Shown here in pieces: positions 52,378 to 63,542 of a DNA stretch of 64,000 nucleotides. Origin of the DNA: Enterobacteria phage T6. Position 1 is the first letter of the stretch. Each line of letters starts with the position of its first letter. Under the pieces are notes generated by a model. It saw only the letters and a list, made by a program, of their open reading frames with translations, was not told the origin of the DNA and did not search any database. The translations under genes were made by a program, and so were the position numbers. The stretch lies in the sequence record MH550421; one strand, 5' to 3'.

Positions 52378-52716
52378 TCATAGCAGAAAATCTAATGTAT
52401 TAGTTTTTTCACAACGAACAACAGAAGGACGTAAAAGATTTTCGTCAATAGCTTCTGACTGAATTTTTTCAATTATACCCGAAGGAATAAATTTAGCAAA
52501 TTGAGTTTCAGGAATAGAATTTTCTTCTAAGAATGCTGTTGTAGCTTCAAGATAACTCATTCCAAACTCTTCTACCATTTTTTCAATAATAAATCCATTT
52601 TCTTGACGATCAAGAAGCTTTGCTATTTCATCCTTTTCTTTCTTGATTGAAAGTTCTTTTTCTGAAAGACCGGTCTCATCGACCGGACGAATGTCATTTA
52701 GAGAAAACTGTGTCAT
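52378..52716 (-). CDS. 33: Late transcription co-activator gp33
   Basis: 112 aa from ATG at 52716 (MTQFSLNDIRPVDETGLSEKEL...); track start is TTG. Confidence 0.85.
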   Translation of the reverse strand: MTQFSLNDIRPVDETGLSEKELSIKKEKDEIAKLLDRQENGFIIEKMVEEFGMSYLEATTAFLEENSIPETQFAKFIPSGIIEKIQSEAIDENLLRPSVVRCEKTNTLDFLL

Positions 52717-52963
52717 AAAGTTCAACTACCTCTTCAGTTTCAGCTTCAAACACATCACGGTTATCTTTATGATACAAAGCTAATAGACGATTAAACATCT
52801 TACCATCAACGCCAAGTTCATCTTTAGCACGAATTCGAATATCTTTAATCAGTTCATTATAACCGGAAATTTTCAGTTTATGATCAGATGCTTCTTTAAT
52901 AAATTTAGCCAAGTCTTCGCCATGGATAGCTTCATCAAATTCAACCATTTCTTTTTTAGCCAT
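52694..52963 (-). CDS. dsbA: Double-stranded DNA-binding protein DsbA
   Basis: 89 aa; conserved position, overlaps gene 33 start. Confidence 0.8.
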   Translation of the reverse strand: MAKKEMVEFDEAIHGEDLAKFIKEASDHKLKISGYNELIKDIRIRAKDELGVDGKMFNRLLALYHKDNRDVFEAETEEVVELYDTVFSK

Positions 52964-52971
52964 TATTCACC

Positions 52972-53889
52972 TCAAAATTCATTAATGCTATTAGTTAATT
53001 TAGAAAGACCCGCTTTTACAAAATATGAATAAATTTTGCCACGCGGTGGTAATTTATATGAATTATAGTAATTCACAATGTTTGAAGCAATATTATCAGG
53101 AATATAATCAAAATCAATTAGAACTAAATTTTCTTTATAACGATTATATTCAGATTCAGTGAGAAGCACCTTAGCTTGCTCACGGTCATTAGCAATAGCT
53201 TCAACGATTGAAGTTTTCATTGAAGGAGTTCGTTCACCTTCAACTCTGGTAAACCAAAAGTCAGATCGTACTTTAACTGAAGCAACGTTATCCTTTTTGT
53301 CGCCTTTAAGGATTTTAGTCATACAGTCAATTTCAGCAGAACCGCTTTTAATTTTAACCCATTTCTTATGCATCGGAGACCATTGCTTAACATTTGGATA
53401 TTTGTGAAGCTGTGTAAAGTCACCATCAGATGAAATGATCAAAATCTTATGTCCTTCTAAAGAGAACTTTTTAACAAGAACAGCAATATGGTCATCTGCT
53501 TCATACTTATCAATATCCATAACAATATATGGCATATAAGCTTTCAATTCATCTATAACTTTATGGCTGGATTCAAAATAACCTTCCCAGTCCCAAGTAG
53601 ATTCTTCTCGTGCTTTTCCACGGTTTTTCTTGTAATAATAAGCGAAATCACGACGCCAGTATCCAGATTTCGCGTTATCAATACACAGTACAATTTTAGT
53701 GTATCCAAGCGTTTTTGCTTTTTTGACATTAAACTTAATTGAGTTCAATATCAAATGACGAACCATCGATAAATTAATTTTTTCTTTATCTGGGAAGTTT
53801 ACCAGAGCAGTTGAAAGAGCAATTTGACTAAAGTCAATAAAGCAAATTCCTTCTTTGTAATCTTCATCCAGCATCATTTCTAAATCCAT
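52972..53889 (-). CDS. rnh: RNase H (5'-3' exonuclease, FEN-1 family)
   Basis: 305 aa from ATG at 53889 (MDLEMMLDEDYKEGICFIDFSQ...); track start is TTG. Confidence 0.9.
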   Translation of the reverse strand: MDLEMMLDEDYKEGICFIDFSQIALSTALVNFPDKEKINLSMVRHLILNSIKFNVKKAKTLGYTKIVLCIDNAKSGYWRRDFAYYYKKNRGKAREESTWDWEGYFESSHKVIDELKAYMPYIVMDIDKYEADDHIAVLVKKFSLEGHKILIISSDGDFTQLHKYPNVKQWSPMHKKWVKIKSGSAEIDCMTKILKGDKKDNVASVKVRSDFWFTRVEGERTPSMKTSIVEAIANDREQAKVLLTESEYNRYKENLVLIDFDYIPDNIASNIVNYYNSYKLPPRGKIYSYFVKAGLSKLTNSINEF

Positions 53890-53951
53890 ATGAACCTCGT
53901 TCAATTAGTGAGATTTCTATTATATACTATCTAAATCTTAAAGTAAACAGG

Positions 53952-53959
53952 TATAAATA
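53952..53959 (+). promoter_or_regulatory. Candidate late promoter for gene 34
   Basis: TATAAATA 35 nt upstream of gene 34 ATG. Confidence 0.65.
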
Positions 53960-53993
53960 CTTATTATTGAAAACACAATAGGAGCCCGGGAGA

Positions 53994-56900
53994 ATGGCCG
54001 AGATTAAAAGAAAGTTCAGAGCAGAAGATGGTCTGGACGCAGGTGGCGATAAAATAATCAACGTAGCTTTAGCTGATCGTACCGTAGGAACTGACGGTGT
54101 TAACGTTGATTACTTAATTCAAGAAAACACAGTTCAGCAATATGATCCAACTCGTGGATATTTAAAAGATTTTGTAATCATTTATAATAATCGTTTTTGG
54201 GCAGCAACGGATAATATTCCAAAACCTGCTGGAAATTTTAATAGAATTCGTTGGAAAGCATTACGTACTGATGCCGTATATACAACCGTATCATCTGGAC
54301 CATATCAATTAAAATCCGGAGAAGCAATTTCAGTAGATACATCAGTTGGCAATGACATTGAGTTTACTTTACCACCTTCTCCGCTTGATGGAGAAACCGT
54401 AATAATTCAAGATATCGGTGGAAAACCTGGCATAAATCAGGTTAAAATAAATTCTTCAAATCAGAGTATTGTCAATTTTAGAGGTGAACAGGTACGTTCA
54501 GTTTTAATGACTCATCCAAAGTCACAGATGGTATTCATTTTTAATAATCGTTTGTGGCAAATGTATATTGCTGATTATAGCAGAGAAGCTGCGATTGTTA
54601 CTCCATCGACTGCATATCAAGCACAATCTAATGATTTTATCGTACGTAGATTTACTTCTGCCGAACCGATTAATGTTAAACTTCCAAGATTTGCCAATCA
54701 TGGAGATATCATTAATTTCGTTGATTTAGATAAATTAAATCCACTTTATCATACAATTGTTACGACATATGATGAAACGACGTCAGTGCAAGAAGTTGGA
54801 ACTCATTCCATTGAAGGCCGTACATCGATTGACGGTTTCTTGATGTTTGATGATAATGAGAAATTGTGGAGATTGTTTGACGGGGATAGTAAAGCACGTT
54901 TACGCATTATAACAACTAATTCTAATATTCGTCCAAATGAAGAAGTTATGGTATTTGGTGCGAATAACGGAACAACTCAGACAATTGAGCTTCAGCTTCC
55001 GACTGATATTTCTGTTGGTGATACTGTTAAAATTTCCATGAATTACATGAGAAAAGGACAAACAGTTAAAATCAAAGCTGCCGGTGAAGATAAAATTGCT
55101 TCTTCAGTTCAATTGCTGCAATTCCCAAAACGTTCAGAATATCCGCCTGAAGCTGAATGGGTAACAGTTCAAGAATTAGTTTTTAACGGTGAAACTAATT
55201 ATGTTCCAGTTTTACAACTTGCTTATATAGAAGATTCTGATGGAAAATACTGGGTTGTACAGCAAAACGTTCCAACTGTAGAAAGAGTAGACTCTTTAAA
55301 TGCTTCTACTAGAGCAAGATTAGGCGTAATTGCTTTAGCTACGCAAGCTCAAGCAAATGCTGATTTAGAAAATTCTCCACAAAAAGAATTGGCAATTACT
55401 CCAGAAACGTTAGCTAATCGTACTGCTACAGAAACTCGCAGAGGTATTGCAAGAATAGCAACTACTGCTCAAGTGAATCAGAACACCACATTCTCTTTTG
55501 CAGATGACCTTATCATCACTCCTAAAAAGCTGAATGAAAGAACTGCTACAGAAACTCGCAGAGGCGTTGCTGAAATTGCTACGCAGCAGGAAACTAATAC
55601 AGGTACTGATGATACTACAATCATCACTCCTAAAAAGCTTCAAGCCCGTCAAGGTTCTGAATCATTATCTGGTATTGTAACTTTTGTATCTACCGCAGGT
55701 GCTACTCCAGCTTCTAGTCGTGAATTAAATGGTACGAATGTTTATAATAAAAACACTAATAATTTAGTTGTTTCACCTAAAGCTTTGGATCAGTATAAAG
55801 CTACTCCAACGCAACAAGGCGCAGTAATTTTAGCAGTTGAAAGTGAAGTAATTGCTGGACAAAGCCAAGAAGGATGGGCAAATGCGGTTGTAACGCCAGA
55901 AACGTTACATAAAAAGACATCAACTGATGGAAGAATTGGTTTAATTGAAATTGCTACGCAAAGTGAAGTTAATACAGGAACTGACTATACTCGTGCAGTC
56001 ACTCCTAAAACTTTAAATGACCGTAGAGCAACTGAAAGTTTAAGTGGTATAGCTGAAATTGCTACGCAAGTTGAATTCGACGCAGGCGTCGACGATACTC
56101 GTATCTCTACACCATTAAAAATTAAAACCAGATTTAATAGTACTGATCGTACTTCTGTTGTTGCTCTATCTGGATTAGTTGAATCAGGAACTCTCTGGGA
56201 CCATTATACCCTTAATATTCTTGAAGCAAATGAGACACAGCGTGGTACACTTCGTGTAGCTACACAAGTTGAAGCTGCTGCAGGAACATTAGATAATGTT
56301 TTAATAACTCCTAAAAAGCTTTTAGGTACTAAATCTACTGAAGCGCAAGAAGGTGTTATTAAAGTTGCAACTCAGTCTGAAACTGTGACTGGAACGTCAG
56401 CAAATACTGCTGTATCTCCAAAAAATTTAAAATGGATTGTGCAGAGTGAACCTACTTGGGCAGCAACTACTGCGATAAGGGGCTTTGTTAAAACTTCTTC
56501 TGGTTCATTAACGTTTGTTGGTAATGATACGGTAGGTTCAACACAGCCATTAGAATCATATGAGAAAAATGGTTATGCAGTATCACCATATGAATTAAAT
56601 CGCGTATTAGCAAATTACTTGCCATTAAAAGCAAAAGCTGTAGATAGTAATTTATTAGATGGTCTAGATTCGCTCCAGTTCATTCGTAGGGACATTGCAC
56701 AAACAGTTAATGGTTCACTAACCTTAACCCAACAAACGAATCTGAGTGCCCCTCTTGTATCATCTAGTACAGCTACATTCGGTGGATCAGTTTCAGCAAA
56801 TAGTACATTAACTATTTCTAATACTGGAACGGCAACTCAATTGATTTTTGAGAAAGGACCTCAAACTGGAACAAACCCGGCTCAAACGATAACTGTCAGA

Positions 56901-57863
56901 GTGTGGGGAAATCAATTTAGTGGGGAATCAGACACAACACGTTCTACCGTATTTGAAGTTAGTGATGAAACGTCTAGTCATTTTTATTCTCAGCGTAATA
57001 AAGCTGGAAATATAACATTTAATATCAACGGTACAGTAACACCGATAAATGTTAATGCTTCAGGAACATTGAATGCAAATGGTGTAGCAACATTTGGTAA
57101 TTCAGTCACTGCAACTGGTGAAATTATTTCTCGAAGCGCAAATGCTTTCCGTGCTATTAACGGAAATTATGGTTTCATTGTTCGCAATGATGGATCAGTA
57201 ACGAATTTTATGCTTACTGCATCGGGTGATCAAACTGGCGGATTTAATGGATTACGTCCTTTAGCTATTAATAATGCATCTGGTCAAGTAACAATTGGCG
57301 AAAGCTTAATCATTGCCAAAGGTGCTACTATAAATTCAGGTGGTTTGACTGTTAACTCGAGAATTCGTTCTCAAGGTACTAAAACTTCTGATTTATACAC
57401 TCGCGCACCAACATCTGATACAGTAGGATTCTGGTCAATTGATATTAACGATTCAGCCACTTATAATCAATTCCCTGGTTATTTTAAAATGGTTGAAAAA
57501 ACTAATGAAGTGACTGGACTTCCATATTTAGAACGTGGTGAAGAAGTTAAATCTCCTGGTACGCTGACTCAGTTTGGTAACACACTTGATTCGCTTTACC
57601 AAGATTGGATTACTTATCCAACAACTCCAGAAGCGCGTACCACTCGCTGGACGCGTACATGGCAGAAAACTAAAAATTCTTGGTCAAGTTTTGTTCAGGT
57701 ATTTGATGGAGGTAACCCTCCTCAACCTTCGGATATAGGAGCAATCCCATCTGATAATGGAATAATAGGTAATCTTACTATTCGTGATTTCTTGCGAATT
57801 GGTAATGTTCGCATTATTCCTGACCCAGTGAATAAAACTGTTAAATTTGAATGGGTTGAATAA
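53994..57863 (+). CDS. 34: Long tail fiber proximal subunit gp34
   Basis: 1289 aa, same length as T4 gp34; internal TPKKL/ATETRRG repeat units. Confidence 0.95.
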   Translation: MAEIKRKFRAEDGLDAGGDKIINVALADRTVGTDGVNVDYLIQENTVQQYDPTRGYLKDFVIIYNNRFWAATDNIPKPAGNFNRIRWKALRTDAVYTTVSSGPYQLKSGEAISVDTSVGNDIEFTLPPSPLDGETVIIQDIGGKPGINQVKINSSNQSIVNFRGEQVRSVLMTHPKSQMVFIFNNRLWQMYIADYSREAAIVTPSTAYQAQSNDFIVRRFTSAEPINVKLPRFANHGDIINFVDLDKLNPLYHTIVTTYDETTSVQEVGTHSIEGRTSIDGFLMFDDNEKLWRLFDGDSKARLRIITTNSNIRPNEEVMVFGANNGTTQTIELQLPTDISVGDTVKISMNYMRKGQTVKIKAAGEDKIASSVQLLQFPKRSEYPPEAEWVTVQELVFNGETNYVPVLQLAYIEDSDGKYWVVQQNVPTVERVDSLNASTRARLGVIALATQAQANADLENSPQKELAITPETLANRTATETRRGIARIATTAQVNQNTTFSFADDLIITPKKLNERTATETRRGVAEIATQQETNTGTDDTTIITPKKLQARQGSESLSGIVTFVSTAGATPASSRELNGTNVYNKNTNNLVVSPKALDQYKATPTQQGAVILAVESEVIAGQSQEGWANAVVTPETLHKKTSTDGRIGLIEIATQSEVNTGTDYTRAVTPKTLNDRRATESLSGIAEIATQVEFDAGVDDTRISTPLKIKTRFNSTDRTSVVALSGLVESGTLWDHYTLNILEANETQRGTLRVATQVEAAAGTLDNVLITPKKLLGTKSTEAQEGVIKVATQSETVTGTSANTAVSPKNLKWIVQSEPTWAATTAIRGFVKTSSGSLTFVGNDTVGSTQPLESYEKNGYAVSPYELNRVLANYLPLKAKAVDSNLLDGLDSLQFIRRDIAQTVNGSLTLTQQTNLSAPLVSSSTATFGGSVSANSTLTISNTGTATQLIFEKGPQTGTNPAQTITVRVWGNQFSGESDTTRSTVFEVSDETSSHFYSQRNKAGNITFNINGTVTPINVNASGTLNANGVATFGNSVTATGEIISRSANAFRAINGNYGFIVRNDGSVTNFMLTASGDQTGGFNGLRPLAINNASGQVTIGESLIIAKGATINSGGLTVNSRIRSQGTKTSDLYTRAPTSDTVGFWSIDINDSATYNQFPGYFKMVEKTNEVTGLPYLERGEEVKSPGTLTQFGNTLDSLYQDWITYPTTPEARTTRWTRTWQKTKNSWSSFVQVFDGGNPPQPSDIGAIPSDNGIIGNLTIRDFLRIGNVRIIPDPVNKTVKFEWVE

Positions 57864-57871
57864 GAGGTATT

Positions 57872-58987
57872 ATGGAAAAATTTATGGCAGAGTTTGGACA
57901 AGGATATGTCCAAACGCCATTTTTATCGGAAAGCAATTCAGTAAGATATAAAATAAGTATAGCGGGTTCTTGCCCGCTTTCTACAGCAGGTCCATATGTT
58001 AAATTTCAGGATAATCCCGTCGGAAGTCAAACATTTAGTGCAGGTCTTCATTTAAGAGTTTTTGATCCTTCTACGGGAGCATTAGTTGATAGTAAGTCAT
58101 ATGCTTTTTCTGCTTCAAACAATACAACATCTGCCGCTTTTGTCAGTTTCATGAATTCTTTGTCAAACAATAGACTTGTTGCTATATTAACTAATGGAAA
58201 GGTTAATTTTCCTCCTGAAGTGGTATCTTGGCTAAGGAAAGCAGGAACTTCAGTTTTTCCATCAGATTCAGTATTGTCAAGATTTGATGTATCATATGCT
58301 GCTTTTTACACTTCTTCTAAAAGAGCTATCGCATTAGAGCATGTTAAACTAAGTAATAGAAAAAGCACAGATGACTATCAAACTATGTTAGATGTTGTAT
58401 TTGATAGTTTAGAAGACGTCGGAGCTACAGGATTTCCTAAAAGAACATACGAAAGCGTTGAGCAATTTATGTCGGCAGTCGGTGGAACTAATAACGAAAT
58501 TGCGCGATTGCCAACTTCAGCTGCTATAAGTAAACTTTCTGACTACAATTTAATTCCTGGTGATGTTCTTTATCTTAAAGCACAACTATATGCTGATGCT
58601 GATTTACTTGATCTTGGAACTACAAATATATCTATTCGTTTTTATGATGCATCAAATGGATATATTTCCTCGACCCAAGCTGAGTTTACTGGGCAAGCTG
58701 GGTCTTGGGAATTAAAAGAAGATTATGTAGTTGTTCCTGAAAATGCAGTAGGATTTACGATATATGCACAAAGAACTGCTCAAGCAGGTCAAGGCGGCAT
58801 GAGAAATTTAAGTTTTTCTGAAGTATCAAGAAATGGCGGAATTTCGAAACCTGCTGAATTTGGTGTCAATGGTATTCGTGTTAATTATATCGGTGAATCC
58901 TCTTCACCTCCAGATATAATGGTACTTCCTACACAGGCATCGTCTAAAACTGGTAAAGTGTTTGGACAGGAATTTAGAGAAGTTTAA
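57872..58987 (+). CDS. 35: Long tail fiber hinge connector gp35
   Basis: 371 aa; conserved position. Confidence 0.9.
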   Translation: MEKFMAEFGQGYVQTPFLSESNSVRYKISIAGSCPLSTAGPYVKFQDNPVGSQTFSAGLHLRVFDPSTGALVDSKSYAFSASNNTTSAAFVSFMNSLSNNRLVAILTNGKVNFPPEVVSWLRKAGTSVFPSDSVLSRFDVSYAAFYTSSKRAIALEHVKLSNRKSTDDYQTMLDVVFDSLEDVGATGFPKRTYESVEQFMSAVGGTNNEIARLPTSAAISKLSDYNLIPGDVLYLKAQLYADADLLDLGTTNISIRFYDASNGYISSTQAEFTGQAGSWELKEDYVVVPENAVGFTIYAQRTAQAGQGGMRNLSFSEVSRNGGISKPAEFGVNGIRVNYIGESSSPPDIMVLPTQASSKTGKVFGQEFREV

Positions 58988-58991
58988 ACTG

Positions 58992-59020
58992 AGGGAGCCT
59001 TCGGGTTCCTTTTTTTCTTT
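58992..59020 (+). terminator. Intrinsic terminator after gene 35
   Basis: GGAGCC-UUCG-GGUUCC hairpin followed by UUUUUUUCUUU. Confidence 0.75.
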
Positions 59021-59027
59021 ATAAATA
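59020..59027 (+). promoter_or_regulatory. Candidate late promoter for genes 36-37
   Basis: TATAAATA directly after terminator T-tract, 24 nt upstream of gene 36. Confidence 0.6.
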
Positions 59028-59050
59028 ATATTAAAATAAAGGGGCATACA

Positions 59051-59701
59051 ATGGCTGATTTAAAAGTAGGTTCAACTGTAGGTGGATCTGTCATTTGGCA
59101 TCAAGGAAATTTTCCGTTGAATTCAGCCGGTGACGATGTACTCTACAAATCATTTAAAATATATTCAGAATATAATAAACCACAGGCAGCTGATAATGAT
59201 TTCGTTTCTAAATCTACTGGTGGTACTTACACAGGCCCAGTTACTATTAATTATGGTGTAAATAGTTATCTTCAATTAAGTAATAATGAAACCCCCATCC
59301 GAATTCGTTCTGGTGGCGGCACTGGTAATACTCTTGTAGTTGGTGGCTCTTCTGGCGGTATTAGTTTTAGACCAGCAGGTAGTGAAATCACTACTGGACA
59401 AATTACTATTACGCCAGAAGGTTTGACAACATTTACCAAAGCTGTAACGGCTCCATCTGTAACTGTTACATCTACTCCTTCCGCAGCATCTGATGTTACT
59501 CGTAAAGATTATGTTGATGGAGCAATAAATACTGTTACAGCAAATGCAAACTCTAGGGTATTACGCTCTGGAGACACTATGACAGGAAATTTAACTGCGC
59601 CAAACCTTTTTTCACAGAATCCTGCATCTCAACCTTCACACGTTCCACGATTTGACCAAATCGTAATTAAGGATTCTGTTCAAGATTTCGGCTATTATTA
59701 A
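59051..59701 (+). CDS. 36: Long tail fiber distal connector gp36
   Basis: 216 aa; conserved position. Confidence 0.9.
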   Translation: MADLKVGSTVGGSVIWHQGNFPLNSAGDDVLYKSFKIYSEYNKPQAADNDFVSKSTGGTYTGPVTINYGVNSYLQLSNNETPIRIRSGGGTGNTLVVGGSSGGISFRPAGSEITTGQITITPEGLTTFTKAVTAPSVTVTSTPSAASDVTRKDYVDGAINTVTANANSRVLRSGDTMTGNLTAPNLFSQNPASQPSHVPRFDQIVIKDSVQDFGYY

Positions 59702-59709
59702 GAGGACTT

Positions 59710-62694
59710 ATGGCTACTTTAAAACAAATACAATTTAAAAGAAGCAAAACCGCAGGTCAACGTCCTGCTGCTTCAGTATTAGCCGAAGGTGAATTGGCTA
59801 TAAACTTAAAAGATAAAACAATTTTCACAAAAGATGACTCAGGTAGTGTTATAGAATTAGGTTTAAAATATGGAGGAACAATTGATGGTTCTTTAACTGT
59901 TAATGGAAGCATAATTGGAAATTTAACAGGTAACGCTGCAACCGCAACGAAATTAAAAACAGCACGAAAGATTAATGGTATATCTTTTGATGGGTCAAAG
60001 GACATTACCCTAACTCCATCTGACATAAATGTAAATAGTACAACATTTATAAAAAATAATGGTGAATTACCTACTGATGCTAATTTAGATACGTATGGGC
60101 CCATTGAAGAATATCTTGGTGTTTGGTCGAAATCTACTTCAACAAATGCGCAACCAGCAAATAAATTCCCAGAAGAAAATGCCGTAGGTGTACTAGAAGT
60201 ATTTGTGGCCGGCCAATTTGCTGGCACTCAGCGTTATACTGTAAGATCTGGTAACGTCTATATTCGTTCCTTATCTGCTAAATGGAATGGTGTAGATGGT
60301 CCGTGGGGTGTGTGGCGTAATGTTCAAGCGTCAACTCGTCCACTTTCACAAACGATTGACCTTGATAGCTTGGGAGAATTAGAACATTGTGGCTTATGGC
60401 GAAACAGTTCAAGCGCAATCGCATCATTTGATCGCCATTATCCAGAAGAAGGATCATCCGCACAAGGATTTTTAGAAATATTTGAAGGTGGTTTATACAC
60501 GAGAACGCAGCGATATACTACCCGCATGGGTATGGTTTATACTCGTTGTCTCGCTGCTGCATGGGATGCTAGTGCACCTAAGTGGGAGGAATGGAAGCAG
60601 GTTGGTCATGGCACACCAGCGACTTTCTATGACGGAGATCTGAATGATTTTAAAACTCCTGGGTTATATAATATTTTAGGCACTGATGCCGTTATTAACT
60701 GTCCTACCGGTGAAGGTTTGCCGACTGTTATTGTTGGTTTGCTGGAAGTTAAACAGCGTGCTTCTGGCGGTGCTATTTTCCAAAAATTTACTACTGCCGG
60801 AACGGGTGCAACTACTCGCGATCGTATTTTTGAGCGTGCATATACTGGTAGTGCGTGGGGGGCATGGAACGAAGTATATACATCTTATTCTCTGCCAATT
60901 ACTTTGGGTATGGGTGGTATTAAAGCTCAATTAACGGAGTTAGATTGGCAAACCTTTGATTTTGTCCCTGGTAGTATGTTTAGCGTTCCTTTGAACAAAA
61001 TAAAGAACATGCCAGCAAATATGAATTGGGGTACGATTGACGGAAACTTGGTTATGTTTTCTGTCGGTCCTAGCGAACACACTAGCACAGGGCGTACTGT
61101 TCAGGTTTGGCGTGGTACTGTATCCCAGACAAACTACCGTTATTTTGTCGTTCGTGTGTTCGGTAATTCTGGAAATAGAACTTGCACAGTCCGCCGTGTT
61201 GTTCTTGAAGATGGTCGCCACACATGGACAGCTCAACAAGATTTTAATGGTGCTGTTAACTTCGGTGCTCCTACCAATTTTAACTCTACTGTTAACCTTA
61301 ATAACACTACCACATTTAAAACAGAAGTTAAATTCCGCTCGTTGAATGCATTCCGTATGTATGGCGGAAAATTTGGTACATTTTTACGTAATGATGGAGA
61401 GAGTCTTTATATTCTTTCCACCGACGAAGATGATCAAGATGGAAACTTTAATACAAATAGACCTTTCCGTTATGAATTAAGAACTGGTGATGTTACTTTA
61501 GGTGGTACTAGTGGTGCTAACGTTTTAAAATTAAAACGCGATTCTCTCACCGCATTTTTTGGTGGTGATATTAATATAAAAGGCTTGATGACTTTTGATG
61601 CCGGACGTTTAGGATCACGAGATTATTTTAAATTTAACCATTGGGGTGATAGTAATAATGCGCGCGATAACATTATTCAGTTAGAAGACAGCAAAGGCGT
61701 TCATTTTTCCACTGAACGCACTTTAGCGACAGGTGCAATTAAGACTAAATTTTTTGGTGAAGTTGAATCCGAAGGTAGATTGATTATTAAACGTCCGGGT
61801 GATTCTATTGTATTATCAACAACTGCTAGTAATTCTTTGCATATTCGTGGTGACATAGACGGGACTGGTAACTGGTATATTGGTAAGGGTGGTGCTGATA
61901 ATGGATTAGCGTTCTATAGTTATGCTACTAATGCTGGTGTATACATTACAAACGCAGGAGATATCACGCTAAGTCCAAAAGGCGTCGAAATGGCTCATGT
62001 CAATAACGTTCGATTATATGTTCATGGTGAACGTTGGACTGCTAGTCAACCAGGTGATTGGGGTAGTCAGTGGCAAGTAGAAGCTCCATTATTCGTTGAT
62101 CATGGTTATGTTGGTCAAGATAGTTATTATCCTATTCTTAAAGCAAGAAGCGTTATAACCAATCAAGGATATAGCACCGCTGTTGACTTTGGTATGCGTC
62201 GTATTCCATCACAGTGGGGGCAAGCAATCATTCGCGTCGGATCCACGGAGGCTTCTCCTGATGCTGGACACCCACAAGCTATATTTGAATTCCATCATGA
62301 TGGATTCTTTTATACACCAGGAAATGGTAGCTTTAGCGATGTGTATATTCGTTCTGACTCCCGTCTCAAGATTAATAAAGAAGAATTAGAATATGGAGCG
62401 GTCGAAAAAGTTTGCCGACTGAAAGTTTATATTTACGATAAAGTTAAGTCTATTAAAGACCGTAGTGTTATTAAACGTGAAGTTGGTATTATTGCTCAGG
62501 ACCTTGAAAAGGAATTACCGGAAGCTGTATCTAAAGTTGAAGTTGATGGATCTGATGTTCTGACAATTTCTAACTCTGCTGTGAATGCTCTTTTAATTAA
62601 GGCTATCCAAGAAATGAGCGAAGAAATTAAAGAATTAAAAACGCCTTTCTTCACTAAAATTGCTCGCAAAATTAGTAATTATTTTAAATTCTAA
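59710..62694 (+). CDS. 37: Long tail fiber distal subunit gp37 with C-terminal intramolecular chaperone domain
   Basis: 994 aa; conserved N-terminus [40 protein letters not shown]-terminal about 113 aa begin with SDSRLK signature of self-cleaving chaperone domains. Confidence 0.95.
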   Translation: MATLKQIQFKRSKTAGQRPAASVLAEGELAINLKDKTIFTKDDSGSVIELGLKYGGTIDGSLTVNGSIIGNLTGNAATATKLKTARKINGISFDGSKDITLTPSDINVNSTTFIKNNGELPTDANLDTYGPIEEYLGVWSKSTSTNAQPANKFPEENAVGVLEVFVAGQFAGTQRYTVRSGNVYIRSLSAKWNGVDGPWGVWRNVQASTRPLSQTIDLDSLGELEHCGLWRNSSSAIASFDRHYPEEGSSAQGFLEIFEGGLYTRTQRYTTRMGMVYTRCLAAAWDASAPKWEEWKQVGHGTPATFYDGDLNDFKTPGLYNILGTDAVINCPTGEGLPTVIVGLLEVKQRASGGAIFQKFTTAGTGATTRDRIFERAYTGSAWGAWNEVYTSYSLPITLGMGGIKAQLTELDWQTFDFVPGSMFSVPLNKIKNMPANMNWGTIDGNLVMFSVGPSEHTSTGRTVQVWRGTVSQTNYRYFVVRVFGNSGNRTCTVRRVVLEDGRHTWTAQQDFNGAVNFGAPTNFNSTVNLNNTTTFKTEVKFRSLNAFRMYGGKFGTFLRNDGESLYILSTDEDDQDGNFNTNRPFRYELRTGDVTLGGTSGANVLKLKRDSLTAFFGGDINIKGLMTFDAGRLGSRDYFKFNHWGDSNNARDNIIQLEDSKGVHFSTERTLATGAIKTKFFGEVESEGRLIIKRPGDSIVLSTTASNSLHIRGDIDGTGNWYIGKGGADNGLAFYSYATNAGVYITNAGDITLSPKGVEMAHVNNVRLYVHGERWTASQPGDWGSQWQVEAPLFVDHGYVGQDSYYPILKARSVITNQGYSTAVDFGMRRIPSQWGQAIIRVGSTEASPDAGHPQAIFEFHHDGFFYTPGNGSFSDVYIRSDSRLKINKEELEYGAVEKVCRLKVYIYDKVKSIKDRSVIKREVGIIAQDLEKELPEAVSKVEVDGSDVLTISNSAVNALLIKAIQEMSEEIKELKTPFFTKIARKISNYFKF

Positions 62695-62699
62695 CAACA

Positions 62700-62714
62700 A
62701 GGGGCTTTGCCCCT
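62700..62714 (+). terminator. Stem-loop after gene 37 / upstream of gene 38 Shine-Dalgarno
   Basis: AGGGGC-UUU-GCCCCU followed by UUGGAGAAAAUU-ATG. Confidence 0.45.
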
Positions 62715-62726
62715 TTGGAGAAAATT

Positions 62727-63512
62727 ATGGCAGTAGTTGGTGTTCCCGGTTGGATTGGAAGTTCATCCGTAAATGAAACAGGACAACGATGGATGAGTCA
62801 AGCGGCTGGTCAATTAAGATTGGGTGTTCCTTGCTGGATGAGCCAATTCGCCGGACGCTCAAGAGAGATTATTCATACTGTAAGTGCTAATCATAATTTT
62901 AATGGTCAGTGGTTCCGTGATAGATGCTTTGAAGCTGGCGGTGCACCCATTGTATTCAATATTGTTGGTGATATCGTTTCTTATTCTAAAGATGTGCCAC
63001 TTTTCTTTATGTATGGGGATACGCCTAATGAATATGTTGTTCTTAATATTCATGGTGGTGTTCATATGTGGGGTCGTGGTGGTAATGGCGGTAGCAATAG
63101 TCCTGGCTCAGCTGGGGGTCATTGTATTCAAAACGATATTGGTGGGAGACTAAGAATTAATAATGGCGGAGCTATTGCAGGCGGTGGCGGCGGTGGCGGC
63201 GGCGGATATTATTCTCCTTTTCCACAAATGAGATTGACCTTTGGCGGCGGGGGCGGTCGTCCTTTTGGTGCGCCAGGCGGATCTATTAATATGCAATCAG
63301 GCGCGACTGGTGGTACTATTTCTTCACCTGGCTCAGGATCCGTGAATGGTATCTATAATGGTGGAAACGGTGGTGAAGTAGGTTCCGCGGGAGGTAGATG
63401 CAATATTCGCGGTCAAGGATCTGAATATGATGGCGGTGCTGCTGGTTATGCTGTCATAGGGTCCGCTCCAACATGGCAAAATGTTGGAGCAATATATGGT
63501 CCAAGAGTATAA
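62727..63512 (+). CDS. 38: T2-type gp38 tail fiber adhesin with glycine-rich motifs
   Basis: 261 aa from ATG at 62727 ([43 protein letters not shown]...); poly-Gly tracts separating variable segments. Confidence 0.85.
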   Translation: MAVVGVPGWIGSSSVNETGQRWMSQAAGQLRLGVPCWMSQFAGRSREIIHTVSANHNFNGQWFRDRCFEAGGAPIVFNIVGDIVSYSKDVPLFFMYGDTPNEYVVLNIHGGVHMWGRGGNGGSNSPGSAGGHCIQNDIGGRLRINNGGAIAGGGGGGGGGYYSPFPQMRLTFGGGGGRPFGAPGGSINMQSGATGGTISSPGSGSVNGIYNGGNGGEVGSAGGRCNIRGQGSEYDGGAAGYAVIGSAPTWQNVGAIYGPRV

Positions 63513-63542
63513 TGTGAATAAATACCCTTAAAAGGAGGGTCT

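Noticed and set aside
62859-63153. Overlapping alternative-frame ORFs inside gene 38
   Set aside because: Produced by the G-rich repetitive codons of the glycine tracts; they lie wholly inside a well-supported gene and lack ribosome-binding sites.
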